DNA from: Candidatus Woesearchaeota archaeon
Lineage (GTDB): Archaea > Nanobdellota > Nanobdellia > SCGC-AAA011-G17 > PNOQ01
Direction: 5' to 3'
NCBI GenBank assembly: GCA_018693795.1
Contig: JABHMJ010000022.1
Coordinates: forward strand, 146-64,145
Length of the DNA: 64,000 nucleotides
The notes under the pieces were generated by a model that was not told the DNA's origin, made no database searches, and worked only from the letters and a program-made list of their open reading frames with translations. Below, piece after piece: positions 27,693 to 37,435 of this stretch; the first letter of the stretch is position 1; every line of letters begins with the position of its first letter. Both the position numbers and the translations under genes were made by a program.

Positions 27693-29402
27693 TTAATTAT
27701 CTTTTAAATGTTTTATATTTCGTTTTTTTGATTCTATGAAATATTTTTTATTTTTTGTTGATTTTTTTAACATTGAGGCTACTTTTTCTCCGCTTATTAT
27801 ATGTGGAAGAATTACATAATCTGCCCCAGCGCCATATAATATTTCTGCTTGATGCACATGATTTGCAGTTACTATTACATTTGTTTTTTCATTTTTATTT
27901 TTTATGTGTTTAATTAATAATATGTTATCATGCATATTTGGAACTGTAGCTATTACTGTTTTTAGAGATTTTACTTTTATTTTTTCTAAAACTTCTTTAT
28001 TCGACATGTTCCCATAAACACAAGGAATCTTTTTTTCTAGTAATTTTTTTATTACATCTGGATTGTTATCTAAAACCATGACCTTTTTTCTTAATCCTTT
28101 TAATGTGTTGTAGAATATTGAGCCCATTCTATGTTTTCCCACCAATAATACATCAATTTTTGTTCCGCGGGGAGTGTACTCTAGTACTTTTTTTCTCTTT
28201 GTGGGAATTATTTTTTCTATAAAACTAAGTACCGGCGAAAAGAACAGATAAATTGGATATTGGAATTCTAGTACATAAGAAGTTAATATCATAGTAATGA
28301 TTGTTAATAAAATTATTGTAGAAAATACTTCTTGAGATATTGCCCCCACTACAAAAGGCATTACAATTAATATTAATGAGAATTCACTTACTTGTCCTAA
28401 GCTTAATCCAGAAAAGAATGCTGTTCTTTTTTCATATCCAAATAAAGAGACTAAAAGATAGATTATAATTGGTTTTAAAATTACTATTGCTAAAACTAAC
28501 CAAAATATCCTAGACATAAATTCTGAACTTATTGAAGTTAATTGCATTCCTAGTGAAACAAAGAATAATGTTGCGAAAAAACTCTTTAATGGATTGACTT
28601 TTCCAACAATATCAAAATGATAAGGTAGGCTAGCTAATGCAACTCCTGCAACAAATGCTCCAATTGCTACTGAGAAAGATAGATAATGCGCAAAGATTGC
28701 AAATATGAATAATACTGTTAAAGATGTTAAAAATAATAATTCTTTAGACCTTGCAGCAAAACGGAATAATTTTGGGAAAATAAATTTACCTGATAAATAA
28801 GCCACTACAAATAATATTAATCCTCTAAATAATGCTAATACTATTAAAGATGGAGAGAAATTTTCTGCTGTAGTCAATAATGATAATACAATTATAATTA
28901 ATAAATCTTGAACTAATAATATTCCTAAAACAATTCTTCCATGTAATGTGTCTAGTTGTTCTGAATCTGAAAGTAATTTAATTACTATCATTGTACTACT
29001 AAATGCTAAAACAATACCTAAGATAATTGCTTCAAAATTTGAGAATCCTAGCCTTAAACTTAAGAAGAATCCAATAAAATACATTGCTACTATTTGTATT
29101 AAACCACCCAAAGATGCAGCTAAACCAATATCTTTTAATTTTTTAACATTGATTTCTAAACCAACTGCGAAAAGTAAAAATGCAATTCCAAATTCAGATA
29201 GTGCTTTTATTGCTTCTGGATCTTTTATAAGCCCCAATCCTAGCGGACCAAGAATTAAACCCGCCAAAATATATGCGGGAGTAAGGGGTTGTTTGAATAG
29301 TCTAACTATGAATGCTAGAATTGTTGCAAAAATTAGAATCATGCCAATTTCTAATACTACATTTCCATGTGCTAAATTAGTTAATGTTTCTATGAAACTC
29401 AT
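27693..29402 (-). CDS. CPA2-family cation:proton antiporter with C-terminal RCK/TrkA-N domain
   Basis: About 11-12 TM helices followed by a Rossmann fold (VLLVGKHRMGS...). Confidence 0.8.
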   Translation of the reverse strand: MSFIETLTNLAHGNVVLEIGMILIFATILAFIVRLFKQPLTPAYILAGLILGPLGLGLIKDPEAIKALSEFGIAFLLFAVGLEINVKKLKDIGLAASLGGLIQIVAMYFIGFFLSLRLGFSNFEAIILGIVLAFSSTMIVIKLLSDSEQLDTLHGRIVLGILLVQDLLIIIVLSLLTTAENFSPSLIVLALFRGLILFVVAYLSGKFIFPKLFRFAARSKELLFLTSLTVLFIFAIFAHYLSFSVAIGAFVAGVALASLPYHFDIVGKVNPLKSFFATLFFVSLGMQLTSISSEFMSRIFWLVLAIVILKPIIIYLLVSLFGYEKRTAFFSGLSLGQVSEFSLILIVMPFVVGAISQEVFSTIILLTIITMILTSYVLEFQYPIYLFFSPVLSFIEKIIPTKRKKVLEYTPRGTKIDVLLVGKHRMGSIFYNTLKGLRKKVMVLDNNPDVIKKLLEKKIPCVYGNMSNKEVLEKIKVKSLKTVIATVPNMHDNILLIKHIKNKNEKTNVIVTANHVHQAEILYGAGADYVILPHIISGEKVASMLKKSTKNKKYFIESKKRNIKHLKDN

Positions 29403-29458
29403 TATATCCCTCTTTCATAGAAATTGGGATTCTCCTTTTTTAAAGGTTTTTATAAAAA

Positions 29459-29773
29459 TTATTTCTTTTTTACTGTTATTTCCATAGTTGAAACTCGAAC
29501 TTGCTTTCCTTCTTTGTTTTCAAATTCTTCACTATCTATTTTCATATTAGAAACTTCAACGGTATCTTCTAAAAATCTTTTTGTAGCAACTTCAGCAATA
29601 TCTACTCCTCTAGAAATAAATTTTCCTCTTGATTTTATTACAACTTCTTTTGCATTTTGAGTTGTGAATTGCATTACGACTCCTGTCACATAATTCATGA
29701 AAGGTTTTCCCCCAACAAACACCACACTGTCTTCACTATTCTTTGCTTTTTTTGTTGTGTTATCTTCAGTCAT
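29459..29773 (-). CDS. albA: DNA/RNA-binding protein Alba
   Basis: Alba core (VVFVGGKPFMNYVTGVVMQF...IKSRGKFISRGVDIAEV). Confidence 0.85.
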   Translation of the reverse strand: MTEDNTTKKAKNSEDSVVFVGGKPFMNYVTGVVMQFTTQNAKEVVIKSRGKFISRGVDIAEVATKRFLEDTVEVSNMKIDSEEFENKEGKQVRVSTMEITVKKK

Positions 29774-29810
29774 TTTAAGATCCTCTAATTATCTATATTA
29801 TTACTAATAT

Positions 29811-30002
29811 TTATAATTGTTGTTTTTTTGCTAATCTAGTTAAATATCCGGCTATGATATTTCTGAATTTTTTGGATTCTGTTTCAACGTTTTCATCAAC
29901 GATTAATTTATTTTCCTCAAAATTCTTTTTAAATTTAGTAGGATCTTCTTTAAACAACTTGTGAGCTGTTCTTTTGATTAATGTAGTTTTTATTCTTCCC
30001 AT
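29811..30002 (-). CDS. rps17e: 30S ribosomal protein S17e
   Basis: MGRIKT start and the KKFRNIIAGYLTRL motif. Confidence 0.85.
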   Translation of the reverse strand: MGRIKTTLIKRTAHKLFKEDPTKFKKNFEENKLIVDENVETESKKFRNIIAGYLTRLAKKQQL

Positions 30003-30030
30003 TTTTCTATTGGTGAGGAATTTGTTTGAT

Positions 30031-31284
30031 TTATAAAGGTTTTGAATCCTGTTTTTTCTTTTTCTTTTTCTTTGGTTTTTTGAATTTAAACATCGAAATT
30101 GTGTAATTTAGTGGATTTTTGAATTTTCTAACTACATTTTCTTCAGGTAAAATCCCTATATCTGCATAATATGCTTTGTTTTCATAATTTGGAGGAGGAA
30201 CTTTTTTAGAATTAATTTTATGCCAATTCAATTGTGCAATTATGTATCCTTCTTTTAATGGATTTTCTAAAATGTTATTCCATTCCTTTACTCTTCTCTC
30301 TATTTCTTCTGGGTTCCATCCAATACATTTTAAGAAATTAATTAATATGAATAAAAATCTCTTCTTTCCGTCTTGTAATCCAGATAATCCAGATTTTATG
30401 CAAGGAGGAAAATAATCTTCTGGTATTGCTTCTGTAATTTCTTCAAAATCTGTTTTTCTTTTTTCAGTTAGTTCTTCTGTTGATTCTTTTTTTATTGAAT
30501 TTCTTGAATACCAATCTAAAGCTTGTGTTATTAAGGAAGTTGCTTCTCCATCAATGAAATTAGAACTTTCTAGAAATCTAATTTCTGTTTTTACATTTTC
30601 TGGTTTTGCCCTTTCTTTATCAAATGTTAATACTTCTTCAGGATTTATTGGGAGACTAGCTAAGCCTGATTTTTCATGTAAAGAATAAGGTGCCCTAAAC
30701 ATATGTCTATTAGAAATTAAAACTGTATCAATCTCTATTTTGTTCCTCATTTGTTCCCCATATTTTTCTATTAGTGCAGGAGTAATCATTTCTGTTAAAT
30801 ATTCTGCAATTATTTTTGGTCCTTCTGGGAATAAATTTATTATCTCTATCTCGTTTACTTTCGACGGAAATGTTTTGAAAGGAATTGCAATGTGGAATCC
30901 TTTGTTTCCGCTAAATTTTACTGACATATTTTTTACATCGTGAAACTTCATTGCTTCAATTAAATAATGAGATATTTTTTTTGAATCTTCTAAATCTGGA
31001 GAATCTATATCTAAAACAAAATCCCACCCTCTTCTTAAACTATCTAGATCTTTCTTTTTCATTCCTGGTTTTAATTCTAAAGGATTAGACCAATGTTCTT
31101 CAGAAATATGAAAAGAAGTTGCTCCCCTTTTTACTAATTCCACTATATCATTTTCAAATTGTATTATATCTGGACGTTTTCCAAATTTCCCTAAACCATG
31201 CATAACAGAAATCTCTCTTTTTTGAGAATTAAATGCTATTTCTGTTTTTATTTCATTTTTTGAATAATAAGAAATTGGGTCCAT
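30031..31284 (-). CDS. priS: single-polypeptide DNA primase: PriS catalytic domain fused to PriL-CTD-like helical domain
   Basis: AEP motifs DIDSPD (DxD) and FSGNKGFHI (SGxRG-like), followed by RAPYSLH. The C-terminal ~120 aa are helical (FPPCIKSGL...), analogous to the fused primases described in Nanoarchaeum-like lineages. Confidence 0.7.
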   Translation of the reverse strand: MDPISYYSKNEIKTEIAFNSQKREISVMHGLGKFGKRPDIIQFENDIVELVKRGATSFHISEEHWSNPLELKPGMKKKDLDSLRRGWDFVLDIDSPDLEDSKKISHYLIEAMKFHDVKNMSVKFSGNKGFHIAIPFKTFPSKVNEIEIINLFPEGPKIIAEYLTEMITPALIEKYGEQMRNKIEIDTVLISNRHMFRAPYSLHEKSGLASLPINPEEVLTFDKERAKPENVKTEIRFLESSNFIDGEATSLITQALDWYSRNSIKKESTEELTEKRKTDFEEITEAIPEDYFPPCIKSGLSGLQDGKKRFLFILINFLKCIGWNPEEIERRVKEWNNILENPLKEGYIIAQLNWHKINSKKVPPPNYENKAYYADIGILPEENVVRKFKNPLNYTISMFKFKKPKKKKKKKQDSKPL

Positions 31285-31318
31285 AAGAATAAGATAGTTT
31301 GCTTGTATTTAAAAAAGA

Positions 31319-31696
31319 TTATATTTCATCAAAATGTTTAGAGAAATTATCTAATTCATTTTGCATTTGTTTACTTAGTTTATTTAGTTCTTCAGATTGC
31401 TTTTCTATAACTTCTACAGCAGAGTTTGTATCTTTCCTTACAATTACTCCAGAACCAACACCCATTAAAACTTTAGAAGCGTCTTTTAATTCAGATTCAA
31501 TAAAAATTCCAGAACCTAATGGAGTTTGTATTTTTCTATTCTTTAATTCTTTTAATTCTTTTAGATTATCTTTTAACGCATGTAAATCAGAAATTTGTTG
31601 TCCAACTGCAGCTATTTGTTGTTCCATCTGTTGAACTTGTTGCATCATTAATTGTTGTGCCATTAATTTTTGTTGGTCTTGTTGATTTTCGGTCAT
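31319..31696 (-). CDS. pfdA: prefoldin alpha subunit
   Basis: Q-rich coiled coil, two beta hairpins (GSGIFIESE...VGSGVIV), then a coiled coil. Confidence 0.65.
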   Translation of the reverse strand: MTENQQDQQKLMAQQLMMQQVQQMEQQIAAVGQQISDLHALKDNLKELKELKNRKIQTPLGSGIFIESELKDASKVLMGVGSGVIVRKDTNSAVEVIEKQSEELNKLSKQMQNELDNFSKHFDEI

Positions 31697-31992
31697 TTTT
31701 TAGAAACAGTTGTTTTCTTTGGGGCCCCTTTTTTTGCAGATCTTTTTACTTTTTTTCTTTCTACAACTTTTATTCCTGCAGCAGACATTATTTTGTGTAC
31801 TTCTGCAGTTGATGCTCCTTTTTTGATCTTAAGAACTTCATTTTTTGGTTCTAAGTGGGTAATGTTGCATTTTCTTCTTCTAACATTACCATCAATTAGA
31901 ACATTATTATCATCTATTTTATCAACTACAATTGCTGTATTTCCAGCGTCTCTTCCTGCAATTTTTATAACTATTCTTCCTATTTCGAACAT
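31693..31992 (-). CDS. rpl14e: 50S ribosomal protein L14e
   Basis: KOW-like N-terminus (GRIVIKIAGRDAG) and RRRKCNITHLEP. Confidence 0.8.
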   Translation of the reverse strand: MFEIGRIVIKIAGRDAGNTAIVVDKIDDNNVLIDGNVRRRKCNITHLEPKNEVLKIKKGASTAEVHKIMSAAGIKVVERKKVKRSAKKGAPKKTTVSKK

Positions 31993-31993
31993 T

Positions 31994-32257
31994 TTACATT
32001 ACCTGTGATTTTATCTTTTTTCTCATACAAGATGAGCATAAGTTTCCGCCATAAGGTCTTTGTGGTTTTTTCTTAGTTAAAGGTAAATTCTTGAATTTTG
32101 ATTGAATTAAACTTGGAATACCTTGTAAAGCTTTACCACAGTCTTGACAAGCCCGCTTAGAGGGCTTTCTCTTCCTGTATTGTATTTTCGTTCCACTTCC
32201 AGGAGTTTTTACAAACACCCTTCTTAAACTTCTTGATTTATGTTTTCCTGCTGGCAT
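31994..32257 (-). CDS. rpl34e: 50S ribosomal protein L34e
   Basis: RSLRRV...C-x2-C...C-x2-C pattern. Confidence 0.85.
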   Translation of the reverse strand: MPAGKHKSRSLRRVFVKTPGSGTKIQYRKRKPSKRACQDCGKALQGIPSLIQSKFKNLPLTKKKPQRPYGGNLCSSCMRKKIKSQVM

Positions 32258-32258
32258 T

Positions 32259-32702
32259 TTAGTGTACCTTCAATATTTTTCTTATTACTATGCTCATGGC
32301 CATTGAGATTATTATATATACCCAAAGCCAACCGTCTATGAACCCTAAAAAGTTAAGGTCGCCAACGTCTGCATATACTTTTCTTAACCATCCAAATAGG
32401 ATAATTAGTGGTAAAAAGGTAATAAGCATGGGTTTAAAAGAGTTTTTCATTTGAATCATAGACTTTTCTATTGATTTTTTATTCAACTCCATCATTTTTT
32501 CAGGATCATCCTTGAATTGTTTCATTTCCTCTCGGATATCCTTAATTTCTTGCTTAATTTCCTTCATTAATTTTTGATCAGTAACTAACATGTAAATTAT
32601 TGTCACAAATAATGTTAGTGCGAAAGCAACTACGGTTAATCCAACTAAGGGAGAGATATCTATTGCCCATCCAAACATTGCATTAAATAGTGAGTCTAAC
32701 AT
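32259..32702 (-). CDS. DUF106 family membrane protein (archaeal YidC/Oxa1-like insertase homolog)
   Basis: 3 TM plus a cytosolic coiled-coil loop (KEIKQEIKDIREEMKQ). Position immediately after secY is conserved. Confidence 0.65.
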   Translation of the reverse strand: MLDSLFNAMFGWAIDISPLVGLTVVAFALTLFVTIIYMLVTDQKLMKEIKQEIKDIREEMKQFKDDPEKMMELNKKSIEKSMIQMKNSFKPMLITFLPLIILFGWLRKVYADVGDLNFLGFIDGWLWVYIIISMAMSIVIRKILKVH

Positions 32703-32739
32703 TTTAATTTTAAAGATTTTCAGCCCTTTTTAAAGGTTA

Positions 32740-34164
32740 TCATTGCATCATTTTTCTTAATGCGGGATTCATGTCCATCATGTGTTGTTGAGCGACTTCT
32801 TCGTATAATTTATAGATAATCATAACTGTAAGCAATATTCCAGTTCCTCTAGATAATGCTCCAGATAAGTCTGCAACTGCTGCTAAAATACCTACTGTTG
32901 CTCCTCCCATTATCGTTAATGGAGTTATGTACCTTTTTAGTACTTTTTCCAACACCCTAGGATCTCTTCTGAAACCAGGCATTTGTAATCCGGAATTTAA
33001 TATTTGTTTTGCTTGTGATTTTGCATCCATTCCTGCCGTTTGAACCCAGAAAATAGAAAATATTACTGCCCCACCAACCATGAATAATATGTAAACTAAA
33101 CTTTGTAATAATACATCGAATGTGAAATATTTGTTTATCACTGCATCTACCAAATTTGGTGCATGTGTCCAATAAACTAAACCTGAAATTGGGGTTTGAC
33201 CAGAAAATTGACCCAACATGTTATAAGATATCCAATGTCCGAATCCGGATTCTCCTGCCTTATTTTGTAATAATCTTGCCCATAATTGGAAGTTGGCTAA
33301 TAATGCTGCAACTAAAATAACTGGGATATTAGAAGTATAAATGAATTTTAATGGCCATCTGATTCCATGTCCTCTTATTCTTCCAAAAGAAAGAGGAATA
33401 TCTACTTTCATTGCTTGAGCATAAACTGCCATTATGAATACTAAAATTGTAAATAATATTGCAAAGAAAGGCAATGCCGCACCAGATAGATCTGCGTTTA
33501 ATAATGATTTAAAGAATACCCAAACTTGCCCCACTGGAGCTAATCCTGAGCCAAATGCAAATTGTCCTGTTGTTGTCAAAGGAGACAATGCTCTGATGAA
33601 TATTTGTTGTGAAACTCCTGCGGCAATAAATATTGAGATTCCTGAACCGAAACCCCATTTATCTACAACTTCAGCCATAAACAGAAGTAGCATTCCCCCA
33701 AAGAATAATTGTATTATTAATAAAAACTGCATTAAAGAATATGTTGCTGGAATTAAATTAGCTGCTGGAGCCAATCCACCCATTAATACATAAATTATTG
33801 CTTCAAAAATTATGAAAAATATTCCTAAAAGCTTTTGTAGTCCTTGGAAAAATTGCTTTCCTTCTGGACTAGATTGATCTATGTTTATTATTCCTGAACC
33901 AGAAAGTAATTGCAATACAATGGATGCTGTTACGATTGGTCCTATACCCAAAGACATTATTGAACCAAAACTTGCACCCAAAATTATAGATAATTGTTCA
34001 AATTGGGATAACGCATTTTGACCAAGGCCAAATAAAGGTATCATAGAAAGTATAAAAAATGAAATTAAAATTATTCCTGTCCACTTAAGTTTTTCTTTAA
34101 AAGATAATTTTTGTTTTGTTGGCCCTGCAACTTCTGGCAGCATTGCCATAATTTTTCTCAACAT
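32740..34164 (-). CDS. secY: preprotein translocase SecY
   Basis: 10-TM SecY architecture and conserved motifs, at the end of the spc operon. Confidence 0.95.
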   Translation of the reverse strand: MLRKIMAMLPEVAGPTKQKLSFKEKLKWTGIILISFFILSMIPLFGLGQNALSQFEQLSIILGASFGSIMSLGIGPIVTASIVLQLLSGSGIINIDQSSPEGKQFFQGLQKLLGIFFIIFEAIIYVLMGGLAPAANLIPATYSLMQFLLIIQLFFGGMLLLFMAEVVDKWGFGSGISIFIAAGVSQQIFIRALSPLTTTGQFAFGSGLAPVGQVWVFFKSLLNADLSGAALPFFAILFTILVFIMAVYAQAMKVDIPLSFGRIRGHGIRWPLKFIYTSNIPVILVAALLANFQLWARLLQNKAGESGFGHWISYNMLGQFSGQTPISGLVYWTHAPNLVDAVINKYFTFDVLLQSLVYILFMVGGAVIFSIFWVQTAGMDAKSQAKQILNSGLQMPGFRRDPRVLEKVLKRYITPLTIMGGATVGILAAVADLSGALSRGTGILLTVMIIYKLYEEVAQQHMMDMNPALRKMMQ

Positions 34165-34574
34165 GTTGCTGCTTCTCCACCAACTTTTTCAATCTTTTCT
34201 TTAGCTAATTTTGAATATGATTTTGCTTTAACTTTTATTTTTTGAGTTAAATTTCCTTTTCCAAGTACTTTGTCATATTTACATGCATCAAATTCTTTAG
34301 CTTCTGTTTTAAGAATTATTTCATTTATTTCTGAAAGATTAATTATTTTTGGTGTTTTTACTTTTGATTGAGGCCTATTAAATCCAAAACTACCGAAATA
34401 TCTTTTGCCCTCGTGTTTGATTATAGATGGTTTTTTTTGATCTGCCCTTTTACCAGTTCCAGCCATACCTCTTCCTCCACGATTACCTGCTCCACGATTT
34501 TTTTTCATAGAACCATAACCATGTGTGGTTTTTGCTTTCATCCTAGTATTCTTTTTTCGCTTATTAGTTGGCAT
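34158..34574 (-). CDS. rpl15: 50S ribosomal protein L15 (uL15)
   Basis: Gly/Arg-rich N-terminus (GYGSMKKNRGAGNRGGRG). Confidence 0.85.
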   Translation of the reverse strand: MPTNKRKKNTRMKAKTTHGYGSMKKNRGAGNRGGRGMAGTGKRADQKKPSIIKHEGKRYFGSFGFNRPQSKVKTPKIINLSEINEIILKTEAKEFDACKYDKVLGKGNLTQKIKVKAKSYSKLAKEKIEKVGGEAATC

Positions 34575-34575
34575 T

Positions 34576-35043
34576 TTAAATCATCCTTTGTATTAATTCA
34601 TTTATTTTATCTTTTCTGTAACCCAATGCTCCACCAACTGAAAAGTGTTTTTTTGTTCCTTTTCTTTCAAATCCTTTTCTAGGAGGCATTAATTTGAAGA
34701 AAGGTTTTAATCCCTCTACTTTTATTTTTTTATCATCTGCAAATAATTCATCCGCAAATTTATTTAAATCTAATTTTGTTTTTTCTTGTAAATATTCTGC
34801 GGTTAATTGTTTATTTCCTGCAATTCTTCCTCTTTTTTCTAAAAGTTGTAAAACAGTTTCTTTATCAATTTCACCCCAAGTCACATTATCTTTGATTACT
34901 TTTAACATTCCTTCGATTTCTTGAGTATTTGAAACTAATACACAATTGTATTTTTTATGAAGATTTAATAGTTTGAAAGTAGTTTTTATTTTCCCACTTA
35001 ATCCTTGTTCTCCAGATATCCTGATTATAGCTATTTTAGTCAT
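34576..35043 (-). CDS. rpl30: 50S ribosomal protein L30 (uL30)
   Basis: N-terminus IAIIRISGEQGLSGKIKTTFKLLNL. Confidence 0.85.
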   Translation of the reverse strand: MTKIAIIRISGEQGLSGKIKTTFKLLNLHKKYNCVLVSNTQEIEGMLKVIKDNVTWGEIDKETVLQLLEKRGRIAGNKQLTAEYLQEKTKLDLNKFADELFADDKKIKVEGLKPFFKLMPPRKGFERKGTKKHFSVGGALGYRKDKINELIQRMI

Positions 35044-35756
35044 TTTGTTTTAACCATTGATAATTGTTTTAGTGCAGCAATACATGCTTTTACTAAATTT
35101 AATTGTGTATTTGTTTTTCCATAAGTTTTTGAATATACATCTTTTATTCCTGCCAAAGTTAATATTTTTCTTAACTCTTTGTGAATACAAAGATTTGTTC
35201 CTTTTGGGGCAGGCAATAATTCTACTATTACGCTACTACATTTTCCAGAAACTTTGAATGGTATTGAATGAATTTCTCCACAAGCACAATCCCAAGATCC
35301 ACAACCATACTTTACTTTTATCAGGTTTAGCTTTGCTTGTCTTATTGCTTTTTCTCTTGCTGGAACAGTTTCTTTTGCTTTTCCATAACCAATTCCTACA
35401 TATCCTTTTCTATTTCCTACAACTGCCACAGTAGCGAATTTTGGTTTGTTTCCTTCTTTTGTTTTCTTTTGAGTTTGTTTCCAGATACTTCTTTTTCCAC
35501 CACCAAATTTACCTTTGGATTGACCTATTGTAATTAACTCATACTCTAGATCTGGAAACAAAGAATCTACAATTTCTGATTCTAATATTTTGCCACCTTT
35601 TTCTAAGATTACATCTATGTCTTTGATTTCTCCTGATTTTACTTGTTTTCCAAATTCAGTTTTTGGAATCCAACTTGCTAAAGCTGCTTCAGTTTTTGTT
35701 TTCTGAATTTCAGCTTTCTTCTCTTTCGACATTCCTGTATTTTTTCTTGGTGCCAA
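35040..35756 (-). CDS. rps5: 30S ribosomal protein S5 (uS5)
   Basis: GIGYGKAKETVPAREKAIRQAKLNL motif. Confidence 0.9.
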   Translation of the reverse strand: MAPRKNTGMSKEKKAEIQKTKTEAALASWIPKTEFGKQVKSGEIKDIDVILEKGGKILESEIVDSLFPDLEYELITIGQSKGKFGGGKRSIWKQTQKKTKEGNKPKFATVAVVGNRKGYVGIGYGKAKETVPAREKAIRQAKLNLIKVKYGCGSWDCACGEIHSIPFKVSGKCSSVIVELLPAPKGTNLCIHKELRKILTLAGIKDVYSKTYGKTNTQLNLVKACIAALKQLSMVKTK

Positions 35757-35758
35757 TT

Positions 35759-36343
35759 TTATTCTCCATTTATTTTAGTTTTTACTTTTTCAAACTGTTC
35801 AGCCATTAATTCAGGCTTTTGTTTGTTTTTTAAATATTTTGAAAATTGTTTATTATACTTTCCTTCATCTGTTGATAATATTTTTGCAAAATCTGCTATT
35901 CTTTTTCCAGAAATTGTTTCTTCTGAAGGGAATATTGATTCACTATGGCTTACTTTTATTCCAGAATCTACAATTCCTTTTATTGCAGCTGGAAATCTTG
36001 TTCCACGTGTTATTGAGTTTAATCCCAAATCAATTATTCCTTCTTTTATTTTTTCTTTTATTTTATTTCCGAACAAAAGTCCAGTTAAATATGAAGCAGG
36101 GATATTTCCTGTTGAATAAGCCCAACCATATTTTTTTAGATCTGTTGATTTTATAGTTGTGATTACTTTATCTCCATCTGCACTATAATCCACAGCTTGA
36201 ATTATTAAATTATTTGTTGAAGATCTCATAACAAATCTTGTCTTTTCAGATTTAAGATGACTCAATCTCTTACTGTAATCCGTTTTTCCTTTTCGTTTCC
36301 TTCTGAAACTTACTGTATATGTTTTACTTTTTGACATCTTCAA
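35759..36343 (-). CDS. rpl18: 50S ribosomal protein L18 (uL18)
   Basis: RRKRKGKTDYSKRL motif. Confidence 0.85.
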   Translation of the reverse strand: MKMSKSKTYTVSFRRKRKGKTDYSKRLSHLKSEKTRFVMRSSTNNLIIQAVDYSADGDKVITTIKSTDLKKYGWAYSTGNIPASYLTGLLFGNKIKEKIKEGIIDLGLNSITRGTRFPAAIKGIVDSGIKVSHSESIFPSEETISGKRIADFAKILSTDEGKYNKQFSKYLKNKQKPELMAEQFEKVKTKINGE

Positions 36344-36782
36344 ATAACCTATTTTCTGTTAAGTATATTTTTATGTGGTTTTTACTTCTGAAAAATCCAC
36401 CTTTTACTTTACTATACATATTTCTGTAAACTAGAGTAGATATTAATTTTTTATCTCTAAGTTCTTTTATGAATTCTCTTTGCTTTCTTACGTGATTCAT
36501 CCAGTTTTGTTTTTTTGGAAGTCTAGATGTTTTTACTCCCTTTCTTGAACCAGAACCGGCCCTTCTTCCTTTTCTTTTTTGAACTAATGTTTTTCTAGCT
36601 CTTGATCGTGATATTCCTCTCTTTGGATCTGCAGAAATTGCATTATCAATTATTAATGCTCTTATATCTGTTCTAGTGATTGCTTCTTTTATATCAGATA
36701 ATCTATCTGTTTTAAATTTGATTTTCTTGATGCCTTTTTTTAGTACATCTGCTGCAATCCTTTTTTGATTATTTAGTTTCAT
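36324..36782 (-). CDS. rpl19e: 50S ribosomal protein L19e
   Basis: N-terminus QKRIAADVLKKG. Confidence 0.85.
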   Translation of the reverse strand: MKLNNQKRIAADVLKKGIKKIKFKTDRLSDIKEAITRTDIRALIIDNAISADPKRGISRSRARKTLVQKRKGRRAGSGSRKGVKTSRLPKKQNWMNHVRKQREFIKELRDKKLISTLVYRNMYSKVKGGFFRSKNHIKIYLTENRLFEDVKK

Positions 36783-37435
36783 TGTTTATTTCCAGGAACA
36801 CTGCTATGTTGATGTCCTTCTTTTTGAGTGGTTGTGTTTTTTTGTTTTGTTTCTTTTTTTGGTTTTTCTTCTTTTGGTTTTGATTTTAATATTTCTTCTT
36901 TGACTTCTTCTTGAGTTTCTTTAGTTTCTTTAGTTTCGTCTTCTTTCTTTTTTTCTTCTTCTGCTTTCTTAACAGATGACGCTTTTGACTTCTTTTTTTC
37001 TTCTGCTTTCTTTGTTTTTTGTTTTTTGTTTGATTCTAAATTTGATTTAACATCAGCTATAAATTTATCAATATTTTTTACATTAGAAACTTGTAATTTT
37101 TTTGTTTTACATTCTTCTAATATTTTTATTTTGTTTTTTTTACCGACGTTAGATGCAATTTCTACTATTTGAGTTTCTTTTATATTATTGAGATCATTTA
37201 AATTTGATACAATTACTAATTCTAATCCTGATGTGTGAAGACCTCTTACTTCTAATGGGGACCTATATCCTTGTGAAGGATTTTTTTGATGTCCTTTGAA
37301 ACCCAATCTTCTTTTATTATGTAAACCTCTTGGTTTTCTCCAATTATTTTTATATTTTTTTCTATTAGAATCTGTTCTAAGAAAAGTTGGCTTTTTTGCC
37401 TTCAATTTTTTCCTAATTTCTAATAAAACTTTCAT
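36779..37435 (-). CDS. rpl32e: 50S ribosomal protein L32e with K/E-rich C-terminal extension
   Basis: WRKPRGLHNKRRLGFKGH motif plus a ~90 aa K/E tail. Confidence 0.85.
   Translation of the reverse strand: MKVLLEIRKKLKAKKPTFLRTDSNRKKYKNNWRKPRGLHNKRRLGFKGHQKNPSQGYRSPLEVRGLHTSGLELVIVSNLNDLNNIKETQIVEIASNVGKKNKIKILEECKTKKLQVSNVKNIDKFIADVKSNLESNKKQKTKKAEEKKKSKASSVKKAEEEKKKEDETKETKETQEEVKEEILKSKPKEEKPKKETKQKNTTTQKEGHQHSSVPGNKQ

Noticed and set aside
28948-29487. 179-aa plus-strand ORF antisense to the CPA2 antiporter gene
   Set aside because: Entirely nested antisense to a well-supported 569-aa membrane transporter; its composition is typical of antisense artefacts.
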